A DNA stretch of 16,400 nt from an uncultured archaeon (GTDB lineage: Archaea; Asgardarchaeota; Thorarchaeia; Thorarchaeales; Thorarchaeaceae): positions 1-16,400 of the forward strand of contig CAZPWM010000048.1 in NCBI GenBank assembly GCA_964590575.1. The letters run 5' to 3'. The notes beneath the pieces were generated by a model. It worked only from the letters and a program-made list of their open reading frames with translations, had not been told where the DNA came from and ran no database searches. Positions within the stretch are counted from its first letter, which is position 1; the number at the start of each line of letters is the position of its first letter. Both the position numbers and the translations under genes were made by a program. Shown here in pieces: positions 7,194-15,092 of the stretch.

Positions 7194-7305
7194 CACAGTG
7201 AATTTTTGATTAGAAACATATGCCCACAACTAGGTGAAGGATTCGCAACCTTATTATGGTGCGCTGTTTTCGGGCTATAAACCACGCACAGGAACTGAAC
7301 ACGTC

Positions 7306-9648
7306 ATGAAGAAGAAAGCTTACTTCAAAGCGGATGAAGCAGAAACCAGCCTTGGCAGATTCAAAGGCCTAGAGGTCCGCATCGGTACGGTAGTTGACGA
7401 TGAATGGGATGAACCTATGGGTCCAACACCAATGCCAAATCCAACTGATCTCCGCTCATGGGACCATAAGCTACTATCTCGTTATCAGCCATCATACATG
7501 CCTTATTGTCAGGTTTGTTGTCTCTGTACTTTTGGCAAGTGTGATTTGTCTGGTGACAAAAGGGGAGCTTGTGGAATTGACATCAAAGCTCAGCAAGCAA
7601 GGATAGTGTTAGTAGCAGCCAATATAGGTTGTGCAGCACATCTTGCACATGCTAGACATCTCGTTGATCATTTGATTGAAGAGTTTGGTCCTCGAACAGC
7701 CCTTATGCAGGGACCTGGCACTGAGATACACGCTCCAGTTTCTCGTTTAGTGACAGGTATGCGACCAATAACTCTGGAAGATGCCAGCCTCATTGTTGAC
7801 TACTGTGAAACCCAACTAGCTCATACACTCTCGGCTACACACACAGGTCAAGAAGGAAGCTGGTTGGACTTTGAGAGCAAGGTTCTCCATGCGGGGATGA
7901 TAGACCAAGTTGGGATGGAGATTGCAGACCTTGTACAGATTTCAACTATGGGTTTTCCGCAGGCAGACCCCGAAGCACCACTTGTCCAGTCAGGAATAGG
8001 CATGATGGATACGAATAAGGCCATTATCTTGACCATTGGTCATAACATTGTGCCTGCTGCCTCAATTACGGATTATATTACCGAAAAGAAAGTTGGCAAC
8101 CAAGTTGAGGTAGGAGGAATGTGTTGTACTGCATGGGACATCACACGGCGGGATCCAAGCGCAAAGGTGATCGGACCAATCTCGTGGCAGCTTAGATACA
8201 TTCGAAGTGGCAAAGCAGATGTCATTGTTGTGGATGAACAGTGTATTCGGACGGATGTTGTCAGAGAGGCAAAGAAGGTCAAAGCACCGGTCATCTCAAC
8301 TAGCGACAAAGCTGTGATGGGATTACCAGACAGGTCAGATGACTCTGTTGACTCAATCGTAGATGAACTTGTTTCAGGCAAGATAGATGGTGCATTCATT
8401 CATGACCATCACAAAGTTGGAGAAGTTGCCACAAAGGTAGCTCTTGCTCTCAAGCCAAAGAGAAGGAAGATGAAGTTCTTCCCATCAAAGAAACAGATTC
8501 AGAAGATGGCACAAGACTGTAAAAAGTGTAGTGAGTGTATAAGGGCATGTCCAAATGATCAGCCAGTAATGGAAGCTGTTCTGGCAGCTCAGTTAGGGAA
8601 TTTTGAACCACTCCGGGATGTCTATCAAAGCTGTATCGGTTGCGCACGCTGCGAGTCCGCTTGTCCTAATGATTTTGACTTGCATAGTTGGATGGTTGTA
8701 GCTGCAGAAGCTGATTGCAAAGATGAAACCTATATGGTTCGGACAGGTAGAGGTGCAATCCAAGATATTGAGATCAGAAATGTTGGGCAACCAATTGTCT
8801 TTGGCGAGATACCTGGAGTAATAGCCCATGTTGGCTGTGCCAATTACCCTCAAGGTGGTAAAGATGTTCATGATATGGCAGAAGAGTTTGCTAAACGACG
8901 ATACATCATCGTTACCTCGGGATGTGCAGCAATATCAGCTGGTCATGTGAGAGATGAGAACGGAGAGTCAATATACGAGAGACATAGTGGTGAATTCAAT
9001 GCAGGCGGCGTGCTCAACGTCGGCTCATGTGTGTCCAATCCGCACATCGCTGGTGCTGCAATAAAAATCGCAGCAATCTTCGCTAAGAGGAACCTTCGTG
9101 GAAATTACGCAGAGATAGCTGATTACATCCTTAACCGCGTGGGTGCAGTAGGTATCTCTTGGGGTGCTATGTCTCAGAAGGCTGCATCAATTGCATCTGG
9201 CTTCTGGAGACTCGGTGTTCCTGTGATTGTGGGACCACATGGTTCGAAATACCGAAGAATGTTGCTTGGAAAGGCTGAGGAGGAGAGAGATTGGACAGTT
9301 TATGATGCACGCACAGGTGACCGTGTAGTAGTCGCTCCAGGACCAGAACATCTCTTCTATGCAGCAGAAACAGTTGCGGAAGCAAATGTAATGACTGCCA
9401 AACTGGTTATTCGTCCGAATGACACAAACAAGGGTCGATCCATTAAACTTAGCCATTATATCGATATCCATGAAACATACTATGGGTTCTTCCCAGATGA
9501 TGTTTGGAAGTATATTAGGCGGGACGCCGACATTCCAATCACTCTGAAAGACAAGATTCTCGCCCAAATGAAGGAGAACAAGTGGAAGGAACGTCCGATT
9601 ATAGACCCAACGATCCTGAAGGAGCAAGTAATGGGAGGTGGTAAGTAA
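7306..9648 (+). CDS. cdhA: Acetyl-CoA decarbonylase/synthase complex subunit alpha (Ni-CO dehydrogenase)
   Basis: GPTPMP..TDLRSWD, CQVCCLCTFGKCDL, C-cluster ligand motifs (IGHN, GMCCT, DEQC, VGC, TSGC, GSCVSN), two extra ferredoxin motifs, WGAMSQKA. ATG 7306 is preferred as start; in-frame GTG 7234 is an alternative. Confidence 0.97.
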   Translation: MKKKAYFKADEAETSLGRFKGLEVRIGTVVDDEWDEPMGPTPMPNPTDLRSWDHKLLSRYQPSYMPYCQVCCLCTFGKCDLSGDKRGACGIDIKAQQARIVLVAANIGCAAHLAHARHLVDHLIEEFGPRTALMQGPGTEIHAPVSRLVTGMRPITLEDASLIVDYCETQLAHTLSATHTGQEGSWLDFESKVLHAGMIDQVGMEIADLVQISTMGFPQADPEAPLVQSGIGMMDTNKAIILTIGHNIVPAASITDYITEKKVGNQVEVGGMCCTAWDITRRDPSAKVIGPISWQLRYIRSGKADVIVVDEQCIRTDVVREAKKVKAPVISTSDKAVMGLPDRSDDSVDSIVDELVSGKIDGAFIHDHHKVGEVATKVALALKPKRRKMKFFPSKKQIQKMAQDCKKCSECIRACPNDQPVMEAVLAAQLGNFEPLRDVYQSCIGCARCESACPNDFDLHSWMVVAAEADCKDETYMVRTGRGAIQDIEIRNVGQPIVFGEIPGVIAHVGCANYPQGGKDVHDMAEEFAKRRYIIVTSGCAAISAGHVRDENGESIYERHSGEFNAGGVLNVGSCVSNPHIAGAAIKIAAIFAKRNLRGNYAEIADYILNRVGAVGISWGAMSQKAASIASGFWRLGVPVIVGPHGSKYRRMLLGKAEEERDWTVYDARTGDRVVVAPGPEHLFYAAETVAEANVMTAKLVIRPNDTNKGRSIKLSHYIDIHETYYGFFPDDVWKYIRRDADIPITLKDKILAQMKENKWKERPIIDPTILKEQVMGGGK

Positions 9649-10196
9649 TGGTGATGCGTCCAGTACCTTGGCAGACTGGGGAGATTTGTGGACCTGAAAG
9701 CGCGAAATCCCTAACAAAAGCTGCAGTTCTGAAAAGAGACCTCACCAAGGCTAAAAGCCCACTTCTTATTGTAGGTTCTGAAGCTGTGACAGAAAAGCAT
9801 GGAAAAGGAAACATGATTGACTATGCAATCGCTCTTTCAAAAGCAATGAAGATGCCTGTCATTGCCACTGGAGGAGCAATCAAAGCATTCTTGGAGAGGG
9901 GCTTTGATGGTGCTAAATCAATGGGGGCAATGGAAGTTGCCTATCGTCTTCAAGATCCGGACTGGCTGGGACCATCTGGGAAAGGACCTTACGATATGAT
10001 CATGATCTATGGAATCCCATATTACATGCAGTGGACTTTACTTTCCGCTGTGATGAACTTTGGGACTCATCTAACTGCAATAGCCTTGGGGCGGTATTTT
10101 CAACCACATGCAAAATGGTCGTTCCCGAACATGAAGGAGAAACAGTATCATACTGTTCTCGATGAAATACTAGAACTAGTAGGAGGAGGTAAGTAA
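9648..10196 (+). CDS. cdhB: Acetyl-CoA decarbonylase/synthase complex subunit epsilon
   Basis: 182 aa, TAATG overlap with cdhA. 'KAKSPLLIVG', 'LQDPDWLGPSGKGPYD', 'YFQPHAKWSFPN'. Confidence 0.95.
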   Translation: MVMRPVPWQTGEICGPESAKSLTKAAVLKRDLTKAKSPLLIVGSEAVTEKHGKGNMIDYAIALSKAMKMPVIATGGAIKAFLERGFDGAKSMGAMEVAYRLQDPDWLGPSGKGPYDMIMIYGIPYYMQWTLLSAVMNFGTHLTAIALGRYFQPHAKWSFPNMKEKQYHTVLDEILELVGGGK

Positions 10197-10197
10197 A

Positions 10198-11604
10198 GTG
10201 TCATACGAAGATATTCCTGTAGATATTGGCGTAGTGTACGAAGGTGAGCGAGTCAGAGGCAAAGATATGTTTGTTGAACTCGGTGGACCAAAGATGGAAC
10301 ACAAATTCGAACTTGCGATTGCCCGAGAAATGGATGAAATCGAGGATGGAAAAGTAACCATAATTGGTCCGGACCTGAAAGATATGGAGGAAGGAAGTTA
10401 CCATCCTTTTGGAATCGTCGTTGAAGTAGCTGGAAAAGAGATTGAAACAGACCTTGAGGGAGTTATTGAAAGACGTGTCCATGAATACGTCAACTTCGTT
10501 GAGGGACTGATGCATCTCAATCAACGTTATGACATCTGGATTCGATTGAGTAAGAAGTCCTTTGAGAAGGGCTTTAACTCATTTGAGTATCTTGGCAAGG
10601 TCTTGATGCGGCTCTTCAAGAGTGAGATGAATATCATCGAGAGAATTCAGGTTACCTTCATCACAGATCCTAAAGTTGTTTCTGAACGCTACGATGATGC
10701 GATAAACAGGTATAACCAACGTGATGAACGTGCGCGAGGACTTAGTGATGCAGAAGTTGATACATTCTATGGATGTTCACTCTGTACATCATTTGCTCCT
10801 ACTCACGTCTGTACAATCACGCCGCAAAGATATGCAAACTGTGGTGCAATCAGCTGGTTTGATGGTAGAGCTGCTGCTCGAGTTGATCCAAAAGGTCCAC
10901 TCTATGCAGTTCCAAAAGGTGATACTATTGACGAGTTTCGTGGTGAGTATACAGGTGTCAATCAAGCGTACACAGAGAAGTCACTCGGGAAGATAAATTC
11001 GGTTGCACTCTATAGTGCTTTTGAGAAACCACATACGAGCTGTGGGTGTTTCGAGGCAATTGCTTTTGTCATTCCAGAGGTTGATGGATTAGGAATTGTA
11101 CACAGGGACTTCAAGGGCGATACAGTCAACGGTTTGCCATTCTCAAGCATGGCTGACTCAACAGCAGGTGGTCGACAAGTTCCTGGATTCCATGGTATAT
11201 CTATCGAGTACATGCGTTCTCCGAAATTTCTACAGGTTGATGATGGTTGGAATCGAATAGTCTGGCTCCCCGAAGCTATTAGAGAGAGAGTCGTGGAGTT
11301 CATACCTGAAGATGTGAGGGATAAGATATCAACCGAGAAAGATGCTATGAGTATTGGCGACCTCAAAGCTTACCTCAAGGAGAAGAATCATCCAGTTGTT
11401 GAACGGTGGATCGAACTCGAGGATGAGGATGAAGTTGCTGTAGCGGCAGATGCTGCAGGATCTGACTATGTGGCAGTTCCTGGGGAGATGACAGCCTTAG
11501 TTGGAGGGGTTGGTGGCGGCCTTGAAATCATATTCAAGAATGCCAAGATCTACGCTGAGAAGGTAATCATTCGAAAGACAGGAAAGGGTGACAAGAAGAA
11601 ATGA
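10198..11604 (+). CDS. cdhC: Acetyl-CoA decarbonylase/synthase complex subunit beta (acetyl-CoA synthase)
   Basis: 468 aa, GTG start after GGAGGAGGT. YEGERVR, DLEGVIERRVH, MHLNQR; A-cluster motifs FYGCSLCTSFAPTHVC...CGAI and PHTSCGCFE. Confidence 0.97.
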   Translation: MSYEDIPVDIGVVYEGERVRGKDMFVELGGPKMEHKFELAIAREMDEIEDGKVTIIGPDLKDMEEGSYHPFGIVVEVAGKEIETDLEGVIERRVHEYVNFVEGLMHLNQRYDIWIRLSKKSFEKGFNSFEYLGKVLMRLFKSEMNIIERIQVTFITDPKVVSERYDDAINRYNQRDERARGLSDAEVDTFYGCSLCTSFAPTHVCTITPQRYANCGAISWFDGRAAARVDPKGPLYAVPKGDTIDEFRGEYTGVNQAYTEKSLGKINSVALYSAFEKPHTSCGCFEAIAFVIPEVDGLGIVHRDFKGDTVNGLPFSSMADSTAGGRQVPGFHGISIEYMRSPKFLQVDDGWNRIVWLPEAIRERVVEFIPEDVRDKISTEKDAMSIGDLKAYLKEKNHPVVERWIELEDEDEVAVAADAAGSDYVAVPGEMTALVGGVGGGLEIIFKNAKIYAEKVIIRKTGKGDKKK

Positions 11605-12791
11605 CAACTGACAAGGAAAGGACTACTTCGCTGGATGATATGTTCGGCGATTTTGCTGAACTTGTCCTTGAGAATGTTACAATAGAACTAGATGAGCTCA
11701 AACTAGCTCTTCGACCGATGGTTCAACAAATGGCGAAAGCTGTAGCACGTCCAGCTCTGGAGATGCCAAAGTCGCTCATCCCGGCATCCTTCAAAACTCC
11801 CCTTGGTGAGTATACACAGGCAATCCAAGAAATCACTCTTGGAGCCACAAAGGGTCAAGGAGGAACAAGAGGCAATACTGTGACCATTGGAGGTCACACT
11901 GCACCAGCATGGGATTTGTTTCAGTCGCCTCCTGCGAGACCACCAATCATTGCAGCAGATGTGTTTGATATGCCCATTTCTTTAGCAAAAATGGTCAAGA
12001 TGCACTACAAAGAAGTTCTTGATGACCCGGCAGAGTGGGCAAAACTCGTTGTAGATAAATATGGAGCAGATGTGGTCACAATTCACCTGATCAGTACTGA
12101 CCGTCAACTTGGTGATACGTCACCAAACGATGCTGCAAAAGTTATCGAAGAGGTTCTTCAAGCAGTTAAGGTTCCAATTCTCATTGGATCGGCTGGCGAC
12201 CCCGAGAAGGATGGACCGGTCTTGGTAAAAGCGGCAGAGGTCTGTGAGGGAGAGAGGACCCTTTTGTGTTCAGCAACTGTAGATGTTTTTGAGGATATTG
12301 CTATTGCTGCAAAGAAACATGACCAAATCGTTTTGTCATGGACTTCAATTGATATTAATCAGCAGAAGGAACTCAATAGAAGACTCTTCGAATGGCTGAC
12401 TCCTGAGCAGATTGTCATCGACCCAACAACTGCAGCTCTAGGATATGGTCTAGAATATGCCTTTACTATAATGCAACGGATGCGACTCGCAGGTTTGCTA
12501 GGAGACAAGGAGCTACGATTCCCAATCAGTTCAGGCACAACCAATGCTTGGGCTGCAAGAGAGGCATGGATGAACAAACCCGAGTTAGGTCCGAGAGAAC
12601 TTCGAGGTCCGATTTGGGAGAGTGTTACTGCTCTAGCCTTATTGCTTGCAGGAAGCGACCTCTTCATGATGATGCATCCTGCAGCTATCAAGACTGTACA
12701 TGACTTGATTGACTGGATGAAGGAAAGGCAAAAGATCAAACCGGAAGAATATCCGGATTGGACTACAATGACGATACCGGAGGGAGCCTAA
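11601..12791 (+). CDS. cdhD: Acetyl-CoA decarbonylase/synthase complex subunit delta (corrinoid Fe-S protein small subunit)
   Basis: 396 aa, ATGA overlap with cdhC. DVFDMP, DPAEWAK, TIHLISTD, DPTTAALGYGLEY, TTNAWAAREAW, MMMHP. Confidence 0.96.
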   Translation: MTTDKERTTSLDDMFGDFAELVLENVTIELDELKLALRPMVQQMAKAVARPALEMPKSLIPASFKTPLGEYTQAIQEITLGATKGQGGTRGNTVTIGGHTAPAWDLFQSPPARPPIIAADVFDMPISLAKMVKMHYKEVLDDPAEWAKLVVDKYGADVVTIHLISTDRQLGDTSPNDAAKVIEEVLQAVKVPILIGSAGDPEKDGPVLVKAAEVCEGERTLLCSATVDVFEDIAIAAKKHDQIVLSWTSIDINQQKELNRRLFEWLTPEQIVIDPTTAALGYGLEYAFTIMQRMRLAGLLGDKELRFPISSGTTNAWAAREAWMNKPELGPRELRGPIWESVTALALLLAGSDLFMMMHPAAIKTVHDLIDWMKERQKIKPEEYPDWTTMTIPEGA

Positions 12792-14206
12792 TGGCAAAAC
12801 TACCTGGCCCACTAGATATCTATCCCTTGCTTCCTGGTACAAACTGCCAAGACTGTGGTGAAGCAAACTGTATGGCGTTTGCTACGAAGATGGCTGAGCA
12901 CACAGTCAAACTCAAGGCTTGTACTCCGCTGTTTGAAGAAACAAAATATGCAAAGAAACTGGAGAAAATCCAAGAACTAGTTCGACCACCAGTGAGAGAG
13001 ATTGTAGTTGGCGTGGGGGAGAATGCCGTGAGTATTGGAGGAAAACTAGTCCTCTACAGACATGACCTGAGATACAGTAATCCAACCGCATTCTTTTTAG
13101 ATGTACCAGACAATCTTGATGCAGAGGCACTAGCTGCAAGGATTAAAGCTATAGAAGAATGGACGTATGTCTATATTGGAACAGACCTCCGCTTGGATGG
13201 AATCGCTCTTCGAGGGGTTTCTCAAGACCCAAAGACCTTTGCAACTACCGCAAAGAAACTCACCGAATTGACTGACTGGCCCATAATGCTTTGTTCTCTC
13301 AATCCAGAGATGCTTGCTGCTGCAGCTAAAACCATCGCAAACAAACGACCCCTTCTCTATGCTGCCACTATGGACACATGGGCACAGGTTGGGGAGATTG
13401 CTACAAAACATGACCTCCCACTTGTCGCATTTGCTCCAGGAAGTCTTGACAATCTATCCACGCTTGTGAACACACTTCGTGCTCTTGGTGTAGAAGAAAT
13501 TGTCCTCGACCCAGGTACCGCTTCTAGAACGGGTCTTGGAACTACTGTGGATGATTTCACTCAACTGAGACGTTCAGCAATACTTGAAGAAAACGAGCTA
13601 CTTGGCTATCCGATACTTGGCACTCCAATCGCAGTCTGGGCTGATCATAAAGAGGATGAGGCTCCTGAACTAACAAAATGGGATGAAGTCCTCACGGCAT
13701 CAGCTCAGATTGTAAGGTATGCCGACATCCTTGTCTTGCACAGCATAGACATGTGGACTAATCTCCCATTAACATTCCTCCGAAGCAATCTCTATACAGA
13801 CCCGGTAAAACCAGTGGCGGTTGAAGCGGGACTGATGGAATTTGGAGATGTGGGACCTGACTCACCAGTAATGTATACAACGAATTTTGCTCTGACATAC
13901 TTCACTGTCGAGAGTGACATCAAACAGGCGGGTGTCAATGCATACTTACTTGTAGTTGATACAGAGGGAATGAGTGTTCAGTCCGCTGTTGCAGGCCGAA
14001 AGCTCACAGCTGAGAAAGTTGCAGAAACTCTCGAGGAATACAAAGTCGCGGATAAGGTGAAACACAAGATTCTGATAAGTCCAGGAATGGCTGCCAGAAT
14101 CAGTGGCGAAACTGAGGAGGTTAGTGGATGGACTTTGAAAGTCGGTCCACGCGACTCAAGTGGGATTCCTAAGTACCTTCAAGAGGGTAAATGGAAAGAG
14201 GAGTGA
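12791..14206 (+). CDS. cdhE: Acetyl-CoA decarbonylase/synthase complex subunit gamma (corrinoid Fe-S protein large subunit)
   Basis: Start at ATG 12791 through a TAATG overlap with the cdhD stop. LPGTNCQDCGEANCMAFA Fe-S motif, YTDPVKPVAVEAG, TTNFALTYFTVESD, VGPRDSSGIP. Confidence 0.96.
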   Translation: MAKLPGPLDIYPLLPGTNCQDCGEANCMAFATKMAEHTVKLKACTPLFEETKYAKKLEKIQELVRPPVREIVVGVGENAVSIGGKLVLYRHDLRYSNPTAFFLDVPDNLDAEALAARIKAIEEWTYVYIGTDLRLDGIALRGVSQDPKTFATTAKKLTELTDWPIMLCSLNPEMLAAAAKTIANKRPLLYAATMDTWAQVGEIATKHDLPLVAFAPGSLDNLSTLVNTLRALGVEEIVLDPGTASRTGLGTTVDDFTQLRRSAILEENELLGYPILGTPIAVWADHKEDEAPELTKWDEVLTASAQIVRYADILVLHSIDMWTNLPLTFLRSNLYTDPVKPVAVEAGLMEFGDVGPDSPVMYTTNFALTYFTVESDIKQAGVNAYLLVVDTEGMSVQSAVAGRKLTAEKVAETLEEYKVADKVKHKILISPGMAARISGETEEVSGWTLKVGPRDSSGIPKYLQEGKWKEE

Positions 14207-14217
14207 AACCTACTAGT

Positions 14218-15027
14218 ATGAGAGAACGTCTTGTAATTTCGGTGTCAGGCAAGGGCGGTGTGGGGAAGACGACAGCAGCAGCGCTTCTCACCCGTATTGT
14301 CACCGAGAAGACTAAGAGAGACCTTCTCGTGGTTGATGCAGACCCTGTACTGAACCTCCCTAGAGCACTAGGAATTGAGGTGCCAAAGACTGTTGGATCC
14401 ATAGCAACTAGGCTTCGACAAGACATCGATGAAGGCACCTATTCTGGAGAAGTTACTAAACAAGATGTTTTGGAAGGAGAGATCTTTGAATCACTCATCG
14501 AAAATCCAAAGTTTGATTTCTTGGCTATGGGAAGAACTGAAGGTGAGGGATGCTATTGCTATGTCAATAGACTCCTCACACAGATTCTAGACACTCTGAG
14601 CAAGAATTACGAGATTACATTGCTCGACATGACCGCGGGTCTCGAACACCTTAGTAGGCGTACAAATCGAAACGTAGACATTCTCATCATTGTTGTTGAC
14701 CCATCAAGAGCTGCTTATGAGGCAGCCTTGAGGATAAGAGACCTTGCAAAGGAGGTCCATATCGAGTTCAAAAAGATTGTAGTGATTGGGAACAGATTTC
14801 CTCCAGAAATGGAGGAGGATCTCAGAAGACAGTTGGAAGCAGAAGGCATGCAACTTATTGGGATGATTCCAAGTGATGATGAACTCTGGAAAGCCAACTA
14901 TCGCGGAGAGTCATTATTCGAGCTAGATGAGGAATCACCTTCAGTAAAGGCTGTGGAAACTATTGCTGAGAAGCTAGGACTGCTCAGTGAAGTTACACTC
15001 CTAAAACTGCTTGGAAAAGACTCCTAG
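14218..15027 (+). CDS. cooC: Second CooC/AcsF-family nickel-insertion ATPase
   Basis: SGKGGVGKT, VDADP, MGRTEGEGCYCYVN, DMTAGLEHLSRRT. The start is uncertain: ATG 14218, or GTG 14203 overlapping the cdhE TGA. Confidence 0.9.
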   Translation: MRERLVISVSGKGGVGKTTAAALLTRIVTEKTKRDLLVVDADPVLNLPRALGIEVPKTVGSIATRLRQDIDEGTYSGEVTKQDVLEGEIFESLIENPKFDFLAMGRTEGEGCYCYVNRLLTQILDTLSKNYEITLLDMTAGLEHLSRRTNRNVDILIIVVDPSRAAYEAALRIRDLAKEVHIEFKKIVVIGNRFPPEMEEDLRRQLEAEGMQLIGMIPSDDELWKANYRGESLFELDEESPSVKAVETIAEKLGLLSEVTLLKLLGKDS

Positions 15028-15032
15028 GAGTC
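15019..15032. repeat. Perfect 14-bp palindrome GACTCCTAGGAGTC spanning the stop codon of the second cooC
   Basis: Read directly; the sequence is its own reverse complement. Function unknown. Confidence 0.5.
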
Positions 15033-15092
15033 AGCTCGAAACGCTCAAATCTATTCGATTGAATACGATACTTTGACCTGAGGCGAATGTAT

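Noticed and set aside
12758-12790. Upstream ATG for cdhE
   Set aside because: It lies within cdhD. ATG 12791 forms a TAATG overlap and matches the expected N-terminus.
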